Part shown: piece after piece, positions 39,597 to 53,243 of the stretch
Numbering within the stretch: position 1 is the first letter of the stretch
How the letters are laid out: each line of letters begins with the position of its first letter
Assembly (NCBI RefSeq): GCF_001194135.2
Contig: NC_068983.1
Location: 62,690,827 to 62,754,826, forward strand
Direction: 5' to 3'
Source: Octopus bimaculoides
Lineage: Eukaryota
Length of the DNA stretch: 64,000 nt
Program-made: the position numbers and the translations under genes
The notes under the pieces: generated by a model
The model's input: the letters and a program-made list of their open reading frames with translations, nothing else
Databases searched by the model: none
What the model was told of the DNA's origin: nothing

Positions 39597-39824
39597 AATT
39601 TCTTTATTGCCCAAATGGGCAGAACAACTGATGGGATCAGTAAATCGGTATGATTTTACATAAGATGACTTTTAAAAATTAAATAAAATATATTTAAAAA
39701 ATCGAATAAAATTAACAATACAGGGACAATACAAATGAATCGATGATCAGGCCACGCTCCGACCCCACAAGCCCCGATCTATCGCTGGTAACTCTTTTTT
39801 TTTTGTTCCTTTTTTTCCGTCTAT

Positions 39825-42800
39825 TCACAAGGTTCCTTGCACGCAGAACACTCGTGCAACATACTTCCATCTCTTTTGGAACGTACACTCCGACAGACAT
39901 CTCTTCTCCAGCCACACCTTCTTTTCAAATGAAAAGTAAAAAATGATCGTAAAGTGTGGCCAGAGATAAAGTTGCCTGTCTTAATTCCTTTTATCCTAAT
40001 CTTCCATACTGCCTCTTTAGCTATTGCTACAACCGTGAGAAAATATTTCTTACCTCCGTCTGTTAAAACTCCAGGTGGGTCAATTTTTATATTTGACTCA
40101 GTCGACAGCTGTACTCTTCCTTCGCTGGACAACAAGTGTTCAGCATAAGCCCACATTTCAGATATCTCCAGACACTGAACAATAGCGTGAGGGACGGTTT
40201 CCCTGTCTCCCCCGCATCTTGGACAGGTCGGTGATTGACGCTTACCGTGTCTTGCGAGCTTATCCCAAACGGGCAAGGTACCTCTGTAGAACTGCCAGGT
40301 TAAGGACTTTTAGAAGTTGTCCAACGTTCTCAACCCGAATGTACGGTGAAACAGGCTGTCCAGTTGAATAAACCCGAGACCAAGAGTCGCCCCCAGGCCA
40401 TCGTCGCATTCAGACTCTACCAACCCACTATATAAAATCCGTGTGGAACCCCCACCGCTGGCGTTGCCCGAGCGCCGGAATANNNNNNNNNNNNNNNNNN
40501 NNNNNNNNNNNNNNNNNNNNNNNNNNNNNNNNNNNNNNNNNNNNNNNNNNNNNNNNNNNNNNNNNNNNNNNNNNNNNNNNNNNNNNNNNNNNNNNNNNNN
40601 NNNNNNNNNNNNNNNNNNNNNNNNNNNNNNNNNNNNNNNNNNNNNNNNNNNNNNNNNNNNNNNNNNNNNNNNNNNNNNNNNNNNNNNNNNNNNNNNNNNN
40701 NNNNNNNNNNNNNNNNNNNNNNNNNNNNNNNNNNNNNNNNNNNNNNNNNNNNNNNNNNNNNNNNNNNNNNNNNNNNNNNNNNNNNNNNNNNNNNNNNNNN
40801 NNNNNNNNNNNNNNNNNNNNNNNNNNNNNNNNNNNNNNNNNNNNNNNNNNNNNNNNNNNNNNNNNNNNNNNNNNNNNNNNNNNNNNNNNNNNNNNNNNNN
40901 NNNNNNNNNNNNNNNNNAGCAGACAGAGCGTTTCACAAAAGGCGACCTGCCCTTCCACAAAATGCGAAAGTGCTGTCTCTCCAACCTGATCAACCACGAA
41001 TCCGGAAAGGGCACGACGGTCAGGCGGTAGGTAATGACCGATGCGATAAACACATTGGCCACATCCGCCCTCCCTTTCAGGGATAGTCACCGCCAAGACG
41101 ATGTCTTGACTACTGCAGCCACCCTGCTCAATACCTCCGTCCAGTTATTCTCTACCTGGAGGCCTAGTCCAAACCAAACTCCCAGCAACTTAACCGGTCC
41201 CTCCGTCCAGCGTCCAACAACTCTGTCTGAAGGCATCGACTTGCCAACCCAGGTGCCGAGCTGCAAGCCGACCGACTTTTCCCGGTTAACCTTTGTTCCA
41301 GCCACCTCGTAAGCCTCAATAGTCTTACCCACTTCCTGTAGGTGTGCTACTGAGGTTACACTGATAGTGATATCATCCGCGTAAGCCGTAACAAACTCTT
41401 CTAGACCTGGTTCTTTCGGAATGCCACTCAACCTTCGCAGTAGGGGCTCGAGAGCCACCACATACAACAATGGTGAGAGCGGACATCCTTGACGAACCGA
41501 GCGTCTGATGCAGAACGGCTTCGAAAGGAAACCGTTCACTCGAACTATCGAGTGAATGTTGTGTTACAAAGCGATAAACCACCCGAGGAAGCCAAGTCTA
41601 GGCCAAACTGCGCAAACACAGTCGCCAGGTATCGATGGTCAACCCAATCAAAAGCTTTAGACTGGTCCAAATGTACCAGTGCCCCACCTTTGCCAGATTT
41701 ATTACCAACCCTCTCTATGGTATAGCGGATAAGATGGAGGGTATCCTTAATGGTTCTGCCTGGGATGGCACATATCTTTGCCTCCCTGACTATACCATTC
41801 ACGACACGCACCAACCTTTTCGCTAAGACCTTGGCCAAAATCTTCACTTCTGCGTTTGACAGAGTGATGGGCCCTAAATTCTCTATAATGTCCGCCTTGT
41901 CCGGGTCCTTTCTGAACAACGTCACTACTACCCGGCGCACAACTCTGGGGATAACCCATTCTGTTGCCAGTTCGCGTACACGTCAGCCAGTAGGTGCCCG
42001 AAAAAGTCTGGCATACCTTTATACAGCTCGTAAGGAAGACCATCAAGTCCTGGCGACTTAACCGCTTTACAATCGGCCAAAGTCTCCATCACCTTCAAAG
42101 GTGTGATTGGCTTTCGCAACACTCCGCATCCGACTCCGAGTGACACGGCAGCCCGGCAAGAAAGTCCTCGTGGGTTCTCTCACCGCAAGGACCGCCGTCA
42201 CCCCCGAACAGCTGGGCGAAGTACTTCCGAAAGGCCTCACACATTTTCTCGGGTTCGTTTATCAAGACGCCATTATGGTTCGTCAAAGACCGTATAGTGG
42301 AACTATTTCCTTGCCGAGCTTCCACCACTCGGGCCCATCCAGCGGCCTTGATTCCTTCACTTCCCATCGCACGTAACTTAGCTCTGGCAATACTTCCCAT
42401 GTGTTGGGCTTCAAGATGCTGGTTTAACTCCAGTCTTTTCACCTTCACTTGGTCCGCATTGCCAGTCCTCCAGGCTTCTTCTAGTTCCTTAACTATACCA
42501 TCTCCTATTCTACGTCCCTTCTTAGCTAAACTTATACTAAACCTAATAGACTCATATTTGATGGCTCATTTTAGGGCGTACCACCATTTGCTATTAATGA
42601 TGGTACCTGTCAATGCCCTCTGTATTAACATCTTGATCCGTTTTCTGTATTCTCCAATCACCAAAAGGGACGTATTGAGTCTCCAGTGGTCAGATCCCTG
42701 ACTATGCAACTTATCTGCCGTCAGTTTACAGGTAACCATCTTGTGGTCACTGTAGCTGACTAGAAAAAACTGTAGACACTTAGCTATGGACTTATCTGTT

Positions 42801-43405
42801 TCCCTAATTAAAATCCTATCTAGATATGTTCTGGAAGACCCGTCTCTATTTGACCACGTCCACTGTGGAGTGTTCGGGTGTTCCAACATACATGGATCTG
42901 CTAGCTGAAAGTGACTTAGCAGATCCCGTAAGCCTGGGTTACGTTTTCTGTTCATATTCGGGCCAACACAATCTGTGTGTGCGTCACATATTGTGTTAAA
43001 GTCTCCTAACAATACTAGCAAATGCGACGTGGCCAGGAACTTGCCCAGATCTCGAAAATATTCAGTTTGCGGGCCCATAATTTTGGGTGCATAAATAGCG
43101 ACTAGCCTGATTATCTTGCCACAACTGAATGTCAGGTTGAAAACGACCAGCCTGCCTCCTGGATCAGAAGGCAGGCTGGTCGTTTTAGTAGGACCAACAC
43201 CCCACCCCCACCTCTCGCCCGACTCGGAAAAACGTATTTCTCATAGCCTTTCAGGAGGGGGGGGGCAGATCTTTTGACCCATTTACCCGGGTTTCCGTTG
43301 TAACAATCACATCCAATTTCTCGACCTGATGTCATTTAGGAAGTGTCCTTGCTTCCAGCTAGACATCAGGCCACGAACATTTATACAACCAATGTGAATA
43401 GACAT
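39825..43405 (-). pseudogene. Tx1 ORF2: APE endonuclease, reverse transcriptase and C-terminal zinc finger, disrupted
   Basis: MSIHIGCINVRGL, LLGDFN, YLDRIL, YSDHKMV, LDQSKAFDWVDH, SVRQGCPLSPLLY, AYADD, CPRCGGDRETVPHAIVQC. Frameshifts, stops and an N gap. Confidence 0.93.
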
Positions 43406-43455
43406 GACTTACCTGTTAATCAAAGCTGTCCGGTGGAGAGGGACCCTCCACCTTT

Positions 43456-44676
43456 TCATGATACAGGAGGTGGCAGGTCTTGGAAAATAGATTGGTTAAA
43501 ATCCAGTCTCATTACTGACACAGACTTTCTATAAGTATGTAATAAAATTTTATGAGTCTTTTTGTCCATTTCATAAAGTTCATAGGTTTTATATTTGTCC
43601 GAAAATTCGGCTATCCAGGTGGCTGATTCTTTTGTTTCTATTTCTCTCATTACATCCTAATTTTTAGTATGTAGTGCCACAATTCCTCTGTACGCTACTT
43701 CTTTCCTTGTTGCTTTTGGTTGGACTCTTTTTGCTGTGTCTTTTGGTCATAGTCCTATTGGTTTTGGTTGGTGTAGATTTTCTATTTTTCTTTTGCTAGT
43801 AACTTTCTTTTCTGCTTCCTTTTCTTTTTCTTCCTCCTCATCGCCTTCCTTACAGTATTTTTTATATGGCCTAACTGGCCACATAAAAAAACATCGGGGT
43901 TTACGCCCCTCGACAAAAACGTTGAGGAACTCCTCCCCAACTTCTATTTTTTTCTGGAAGCTGTTCTAATACAGCTTGTTCTGTTTGAATAATGAGGTGG
44001 ACCGTGTGGCCGGTCCAATTTGCTTTTTCGGAGACGGTAGCCTGAAGTAGTTTTATCTCATCTACTTTTTCTAGGGTCGTCTTGAGGTGGGACCTGTGGT
44101 ATTCGTATTTTGGCTGTCCTCATACCCATGTATATTGGTATTAAAATTACGTCTTCTGTTTCCAATGATTTCACCGAGTGCAACTGTGCCGTTTCAATAT
44201 TTTTTAGGTGCACCTCGATGGTACCGAACTTTTTCCTCTGGATAGATATGTGATATTCTGCCAGATGGGTTTTAAACATTTCTCTACCTTCTCCTCGCTT
44301 ACTCGCTCGATTTTCTTTCTTTTTGGCAGTATGTCTTGAATATAATAGGTTTTTCTTCTCTGACAATAAAAAAATCTCCTCTGGGGATTGAACCTTGACA
44401 ATGCCGTCTTGAACTGTAATCATGTCCTTGTACATCAACAAATCACTCTTATTTGTCGACAGTTGGCGAGTTCTATCACCAGCCGCAGAAGCAAAACTTC
44501 TTTTCTGTTTGTCTTCCTCCGTTTGAAGGCTTTTCACCTCGATGTTCCTCCTTGCGACGGGAGTCCTTCACAATAATGGGAATTCATTTTCAGACGAATC
44601 TGAAACACCTTTCAATAATATTTTTAGTATCTTAAGCTGTCGAATCCTCGCCAGACGAAGACAAACTTTTTGGCAT
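43456..44676 (-). pseudogene. Tx1 ORF1 (gag-like), disrupted
   Basis: CX2CX4HX4C knuckle CFLCGQLGHIKKYC at 43852-43893, ORF pieces 44058-44537 and 43456-43650, and position upstream of ORF2. The start at 44676 is inferred. Confidence 0.85.
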
Positions 44677-44850
44677 CTTGCCAGCAATTAATGTTTCCCC
44701 CCACAGGGGGAAAACACACAATAGTTTTTCGAATAAAAACTACTATACAAATTTAACACAGGTACAACAAATACACCAGGCAACAGCACAGAAACAGAAA
44801 CTACACTTACTATACAGACGCACTTCAGCAATAATACTTCCAACCCACAG

Positions 44851-44910
44851 AGACGAAATACCGCTAAGCATTTCGTCCGGTGTGCTAACGTTTCTGCCAG
44901 CTCGTCGCCT
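44851..44910 (-). mobile_element. SINE family 1 head (5' part of the SINE split by the Tx1 LINE)
   Basis: Minus strand AGGCGACGAGCTGGCAGAAACGTTAGCACACCGGACGAAATGCTTAGCGGTATTTCGTCT joins seamlessly to 39596 once the LINE and one TSD copy are removed. Confidence 0.9.
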
Positions 44911-45150
44911 CAGACATGCAATATATTAGGTGTAGTATCTGTTCGTGAGCATACACTCTCTTGTGGAGATTATCAATTATTTGGAGTTAGAACATAAAAG
45001 AGTTATAACATTAAATGGTTAGTAACAAAATTATCAGGGTTTCTAATTTCACACTCCATGTATGGAGTGTCTTATGTACTCGGCCTGAAACTATATTTAT
45101 GTGTGTGTGTGTGTGTGTGTGTGTGTTTGTGAGTGTTTTTATGGCTGTGT

Positions 45151-45270
45151 ATGTTAAGTGTACACTTGTACATACGCATACATTTACCTGTTGATGAATG
45201 TGTGTACGAGTATACGTCTCTGAGTGTATGTATGCATTTACGTGTGTGAGCATAAGCGATTGCACTTAAA
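45151..45270. repeat. Left member of a 120-bp inverted repeat pair (partner 52024-52143)
   Basis: Its reverse complement matches 52024-52143 with 8 mismatches in 120 nt by manual alignment. Confidence 0.9.
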
Positions 45271-45495
45271 ATAGAAGAATAAAGGAGTAAATAGAAGAAT
45301 AAAGGAGTAAATAGAAGAATATATACAGGAGAATAATGTTCACAACTAATCTTTTTCCAGAGGATATGTATGAGGTCGGTACGTCCATGAAGGTACAGGT
45401 CCTTAGTTAAAATCCCGGGTAAATCCAGGCGGTATTTTGGCAGTATTTTGAATGATTTATTTATATTGTTAATGTGCATAAAGAGCGAAGGAGTT

Positions 45496-45539
<44 letters not shown>

Positions 45540-48500
45540 TAACATATATAACATAAATAATATATATAATATATATATATATGCTAACATACAGAATGTT
45601 GTGCGTATTTAATTTCATCAAAAACGTTCAATTTGTCTTCTACACATAGCAAATCATTATAAGTTAATCTTGATTTCCAACTTAACTTGGAGATTGTGTT
45701 AGAACATAGAATATTGTATTATTTACCTTGACAGGGTTTTCCATATGGACTCATGTTCCATAAAAGTACCATTTGCTACGGCCACCATAACTGCCAGATC
45801 AGATGATTTCGCCCTGCTATAGGTTTTTTAGTGACTGTGGAATTATTAAAAAATAATAATAAGCCCACTAGCTAATTCGAACACCTTTGCCTGAAGAGAC
45901 ATTGAATACATGTCTATCGTTGACGGGAGACTCGGTTGTTTTGTCGCTGCTGCACATATGTCACTGTGGAGCGAAAACCCTCGATCTGGTAGTTCCGGCG
46001 GCAGCATCAGATGGTTGACGTCTGTCGGCGATATAATTACGAGTACTTTTGTGCACCACGAGTCCATATGAGAGATCTCAATAAAGCAGTATTCTGTTTT
46101 CTAATACAACCTCCACGTTAAGTCGGAGACCAAGATTACCTTTTAATACTAACACTGCTTCTGTCGCTACTAATTAATTATTCATTATAAGTCGTTTGTG
46201 CTGACAGTCGAGTACTTAGAGATCCTAACCAATGTGCAAGTTTTGCAAGAGTTTTCTATAGTCTATGCGAAATCATAAATATGTCTAATCTTGTCAAACA
46301 TCGTGTTTAATACTGAACTAAAATCATTACTATAAACTCTGGAAATTTCTGATTGTAAGCGCTTTGTAGAGTACAGAAGAGTTGCAATAACATATGAATA
46401 CTATTCCTTATCTTAACATCGATTGCCGTTAATTTTATATGAACTTTTTGCGTAAGAAATGTAAGTTAAATAGTCGTATGGTTAGATGATGTATTTAAAT
46501 ATTTTGAGATGAATATATATATATATACGCTATATTCAAAAATGTATAGAGAAATCCTGAAACATTGGCACCCTGACCTGAGAATTAGTAATCGTAACTA
46601 CATACGCTCTTTCCAATGATAGATATAAAAGTGATAATAGTATGTCCTCTCGCAAATCAAAAAAGGAATTGATAAAGATAGTTGTAGTCCCCAATATAGT
46701 TTAACGTTAATAGCAATTGATATGGAAACTTATACTTTAAACTTGTATTACGATTCATGGGTGAGTTGAAAAATTTAGATCAACAGTGATTTTTGTTTGT
46801 GTTATTAGTAGAAAAATATCCCTATAAGGATTGCAACAAGGGCAGTAACTTCAATGACATCACTAACCGGGATTTTTAGAAAGTCAAAACGATTCATATG
46901 TTGTTTAAATACAGCTGCATATGTTTGTCAGCTGAGAATATTAATAATCAAGCTATAATATGAACAAAACAAATATGTTATTGTAGTTAGATGACGAATT
47001 GGTAGAATCATTTGAGCATAGCCAGAATGCATCACACTATTTGTTTCAGCTTCCAGCACTCTATGTTCAATCTCCACCACGGTCAGCTTTGCCTTTTCTC
47101 CTCATCTTTTTGGATTCGATAACGAAGCACCAATTGAAGATGGTAGATATGTGGAATTGGAAGAACGATGAACCTGATGCATTTTAGTATTCCTTCCCTG
47201 TCATTGCTTTCTCAGTTCAAATCAAGCCATAGCCTATTCGGGCTGTAGACTTAATCCGACACCCGGGTCAGCAACACGGAGCGTTTTTAACGGAGTCAAC
47301 TTTTTTTGTGGTAAAACGGTCCAGGTTACAGTTTTGAGAATACTTGCTTTCAACTAATACTTTGAGAATATTTGCTTTCGAATCTGTGCAACGGGTTATT
47401 GACACAGCTTTCTTTTCTAAGAAATTAGCTGACTTTAAAAACAAGATTTACTTTCATTTAAACTGTCTTTATGTTTTCTCTATTCTTTTTGCAGATTATA
47501 TAGGATTGGGTTTAGCGCTTCACCATCCTTTGGTGGTCTTTAGTTTACTAATCGCATGGATAATCACAGTTAATCGACTTTGTTTAATCACTATGTTGCA
47601 TGGTGGGATCGTACTGCATGTATGTTTAATATACAAAACACACGACTAATGTACTTATCTCCACATTATAGTGAAATAATTTTTTAGATATAGAATGGAA
47701 GAAAGTAGGGAAAAATGAAGATGAAGCTGTTCAATGAATGGAAATATAAATAAATAAATGAATAAATGCTTTGTTTCAATGTTATTGTCAACTACTGAAA
47801 AATGGCAACATCATCGGAAACTAGACGGAATTGTAATGTCAGTTATAGAAATGTACTTAAGCTTCATAACAAATGGGATTAATATTATTATCATAGCCAT
47901 TCTTATTTAGATCCTCTGCAAAAGTTGACACGAAATAAGATTCTTAGGAACCTAAAGTAAAAATATCTACATCTATCTGGAAACATTAAATCAATACTAT
48001 TTGTAAAAATTACATCTATGATTGAACTAGCTTTTTATACATGTCCTTTCAAATTATAAATATATTAAACAGCTATAAAAGCTGAAAACTTCTGCAAATT
48101 AACATGGAATATCAAGTATCTCAGCTTTCGGGTAAATCAGTCTTTTGGGTAAACCATCAAACAGCATTTTCTGTTTTTTTTTTTTGTGCCAAGAAATGAA
48201 AATATCATCCTATTTATGCTTTACAACTTCCTACAATTAATAAGGTTTTGTAAATTTTCTATCAGTAAGTTTGTACCCAAAACATTTACAAGTATTGTTT
48301 AAGGGATTCAAATACGGACATGACTGGATTAGTTTACAAGGAAATTTGCGTTACACACACATACAAATACATACACATATACATGCATTTGGGTTTTGCA
48401 GTATAAGCAAGCGCACTGTGTTGCTGAAGATCGACTTTTCTTCATGAAATAATTTGTACAGTTGGATTTTTATCTCAAACATTTTTAGGTGGTATTTTAC

Positions 48501-51499
48501 TTTCATACCTTATAAGTGAATCACTACTTGCAATTACAAATGTATCCTATAGTATGACTCCATCTCTCCATACTTTACAGTACAAAGAACAAGATTTTAT
48601 TCATCACTGCAGAGGACATTATGAAATCTCTCTGAATCACAGTTAAAATATTTTACCTGAATAGAACTATCTGTCCTCGATATTTTCCTTGGTTAACAGT
48701 GATATCATTGAACAACATTCAGAGGAGAGACCAAGATCTTTATACCATCTTGAAATAGTCCTTCTGGAATTAATATTGCTTTCAGCAATTCGAAACTCTT
48801 TACATTTACTATAGACTTTTCTTTCTAAAATAAGAATTTTAGCCTTCTGTTATCCGTATTCCAATAGTTTTTGGGGGATTCCATATCTATACCTTGCGCG
48901 GCATTGTCATGTGCAATATATCTAAACACTGTTTGGGGTTAATTATTTATTTATTCATTGTCCTGAAGTACATATCTGCATCAAATACACAAATTCTGTA
49001 TACAAATAATCAAAATTGTCACTCTTTAAAATCTCGTGTAATTAGTTCTGATTTATTAAAAATTACATTCAAATAACTTTGTTATTGATGATCGAGCAAC
49101 CGACGATAAAAATGATTTCAGCCGTAACACTTCGTCAAGACAGGAGAGAAGGCTAATTTTTAGACTGTATTTTTTTTAAATTTTAAAATCAAATGACGTT
49201 GTACGATTTGTAGAATACAATCCTACACCATGTGTTACTGTGAGTACATTATGTGTCTTTAAAAAAAAACTAGAAACATAAAACACTATTAAAACATATA
49301 TTATCTGATTCCTGGAGTGCTTTGCAGCCAGGAAAATATTCTAAAATGATAGACTCAGAAAGTAATTTTATGTGTTTTCTATAAATAATACTAACTAAAA
49401 TGGAACTAAATAAAATAAAACTAAGTTGGTATGCGCAGACTAATTTGGAACAGAGTTCAAAAGTCGAAAACTGGAAAACAACCAACAAAATTCAACTTTT
49501 TACCTTTTGCAAATTTGTAACATTAAATAGACATTTAACTATACGTAAAATAAATTGTTTTTTATTATACATAACTTAAATAGAAAACTTTGAGGTTTAA
49601 AATACGGACATCCGAAGTTGCCCTAGAGTATAGTTTTGTATGTTTTATATTAATTGAAACTGATTATTGTGAATGTTAATGAGAATGTCACTTATTTACT
49701 TTTTAAAGCTCAGAGATGTTAAACGGGACAGATGATGCGGCAATCCGTATTTCTCATGCAAGATTATTAAGTCTATATTGAAGGTTGTTCTAGGCTAAAT
49801 TTAATGCTGAGAAGAACTGTTCTGGAAGCTAATTAAGAAAACTGAGAGCAGTGGTACAATTCTCAATTTTTGATTTTGAATTATTTTGAGTTGCAAAGAA
49901 TCGCGAGTTTCATCTGGTACAAAATCAAAAGGAATTTCGTAGATTCATATAACAAAGATTGTTTTAAAACTTCGTCACAGCTTTTGAAATGCCCGAAACT
50001 TCACTGTCGATTTTGATTTTGTCCTTTCACTAGTAGAAAGAGTAACAGCCACGTTTTTGAATCGCGTCACAAACAGTTGCGGCATATATTCAAAACTCCT
50101 GATGCTGTAAATTCAAAACCCTTGATGCTTGCAATTTCAAGCAGAAAACATTTGTGTTCGTTGATATTGATCGGAGATGAAATATTCATAACAATGTTTT
50201 AGTTTTATTTCTGTAAGGAGGAAACCTTTACTCTCTATGTATAGTTTTTCAACTTTCAGATGTGAGAATGCGCCTTTTCCTCTACAGAAAACCTCACAGT
50301 AGTAAAATTATTTCCATATTCCACTTAGTGATCTTCCAAAATTCCTCCGAATTCAATCATTTATTTTTATAAAGTAAATGCATGTCATTACCACTTTCAT
50401 CACATCGTTTATTATTAGAATTCTATTGGTTAATAAGTCAAGAACTCAAGGCATTTTCAAAACATTTCATTCAGTATTCTGCTGCCTTGATCATCTCTTT
50501 TGCTTTCCAATCTTTAACGAATGTATCAAACGACTGTGGTCCCATTTTCTTTGTATTAGTATAACTACTTTGTGACACCTGCGCTAGTTTGAAAATATTT
50601 TAATATGTTTTGATAACTGATAGTTTCTACACAGATTCTTTATAAAATGAAAGCTGTTCTATATATTTCAGTGTTTCAGTGCTTTGTATTCACAATGTCG
50701 ATCATTACTGTATTTTTGAAGTACTGTAGCCGAAACTTATAGCAATTGTTCTCCTCTTCACACACACACACGCCTAAATTCACTCTCTCTCACACATACA
50801 CTCCACTCACTCACGCAAATTCATTTACATCTATGACGAAATAGTTAATTATCTAACCGGAAACATTTACTTTTAGTAATAGCAACCATTATTGTAGACG
50901 GGGCTAATTTTGTGTATTCTATATTACTTCTTCGGGAAATCGTGAAAGAAAAAATAGGAAGCACAATACAAAATGCAAATTACTAATTGTATTATATGTG
51001 TATTTATTACGTCATCAAAGCGCACGTATACCGACTCATCATGCTACAACACATATTATAGCTCACGAATAATGATTCATACCATATGCGTATTATAGTT
51101 TTAGTGTTAAGGGTTATATCATCCTTCAGTTTCAAAAGAGCTTGACTAGAAGCAAGTTTTAAATTTTCATGAGGGCAACATATCATTTGTTATCGAGGCA
51201 TTACTGCTATCTTTGGACTACACAGTAGCAACAGCGTCAAAGTTTGTTGAGAAAGTTTCTTAATGATATCAACAATATCAATAATATATATTTCCCATTA
51301 CATAGTCGCATCTTTTGTGCTTACGATAAATACCTATTTTATTTTGTTTGACATTCTGTCAGTCCATACGAAAATGGATGGCCATACTTGTCTTTTTTAT
51401 CTATGTGCGTCTCTTGCATGTATATTTGTAGATATATGTCAGTTTACACATTTTAACTCTGTTTCCGCTAGTCTCTCTCCTTCCTTTCCCACGTTACAT

Positions 51500-51900
<401 letters not shown>

Positions 51901-52023
51901 TGTATTCCAACGGAATAAAAAAGTAAATGAAGCAAATAAACATACTTAATGCAAGAGCTGAACGTAGCGAAGCATACCGCACACACACACACACATAGAT
52001 ATATACACATACACACATATGCA

Positions 52024-52143
52024 TTTAAGTGCAATCGCTTACGTTCACACACGTAAGTGCATATATACACTCAGAGACGTATGCTCGTATACGCATTCAT
52101 CAACAGGTAAATGTATGCGTATGTACAATTGTACACTTAACAT
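52024..52143. repeat. Right member of the 120-bp inverted repeat pair (partner 45151-45270)
   Basis: TTTAAGTGCAATCGCTTA...CATTCATCAACAGGTAAATGTATGCGTATGTACAA...CACTTAACAT. Confidence 0.9.
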
Positions 52144-52164
52144 ATACATACATAGAAGCGTGCA

Positions 52165-52212
<48 letters not shown>

Positions 52213-52555
52213 NNNNNNNNNNNNNNNNNNNNNNNNNNNNNNNNNNNNNNNNNNNNNNNNNNNNNNNNNNNNNNNNNNNNNNNNNNNNNNNNNNNNNNNN
52301 NNNNNNNNNNNNNNNNNNNNNNNNNNNNNNNNNNNNNNNNNNNNNNNNNNNNNNNNNNNNNNNNNNNNNNNNNNNNNNNNNNNNNNNNNNNNNNNNNNNN
52401 NNNNNNNNNNNNNNNNNNNNNNNNNNNNNNNNNNNNNNNNNNNNNNNNNNNNNNNNNNNNNNNNNNNNNNNNNNNNNNNNNNNNNNNNNNNNNNNNNNNN
52501 NNNNNNNNNNNNNNNNNNNNNNNNNNNNNNNNNNNNNNNNNNNNNNNNNNNNNNN

Positions 52556-52588
<33 letters not shown>

Positions 52589-53037
52589 CATACATACGTG
52601 TATGTGTGTATGTATGCGCGCGTGGGTGTCTCTGTGCGAGCGCTTGGGCATGTATTTATGTAGTTACATGTACGTGCCAGATGGATGTGTGCAAAGGTGA
52701 AAAGAAATGATATGTTCATTAGATGCAGTCGTGAGAGACAAGTCAGTGATTTTAGACGTAATGAAAATGTAATAGATCATTATTAGATGAAATCTGTAAA
52801 AGAAGAAACATTACAAATCTGTCTCAAACAGCACGTTAAATTCTGCCTTTGCTTCATTTCTCCATGTATCTCTTATTACGAGAGAAACGTGACGTGTGAT
52901 GAGTCTGCAATATGTAGCCATTAGCTGTGATAAATAATTGACACGGCATTAGATTAGCGAAAAAATATATTGCGAGAATTTTGTGATATATAAATATATC
53001 TAAACAAAATGTACAGTCTAACAAAGTAATGATAGCA

Positions 53038-53039
<2 letters not shown>

Positions 53040-53087
<48 letters not shown>

Positions 53088-53104
53088 GAATAAGAATAAT
53101 AATA

Positions 53105-53147
<43 letters not shown>

Positions 53148-53179
53148 CGACGACGACGATGATGATGATGATGATGATG

Positions 53180-53240
<61 letters not shown>
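53040..53240. repeat. Compound microsatellite (AAT)n-(GAT)n-(GAC)n-(GAT)n-(AAT)n
   Basis: Read directly from the sequence. Confidence 0.97.

Positions 53241-53243
<3 letters not shown>

Larger units (their letters stand above)
39597..44850 (-). mobile_element. Full-length L1/Tx1-clade LINE (about 5.25 kb including a gap) with 12-bp TSD
   Basis: AGACGAAATACC is duplicated at 39585-39596 and 44851-44862. Contains ORF1 with a zinc knuckle, ORF2 (APE-RT-CCHC), and a 3' hairpin plus AATAAA. Confidence 0.95.

Noticed and set aside
45730-46070. GC-richer segment with a 73-aa minus ORF and an adjacent donor site
   Set aside because: No stop-free acceptor-donor combination and no recognisable homology.
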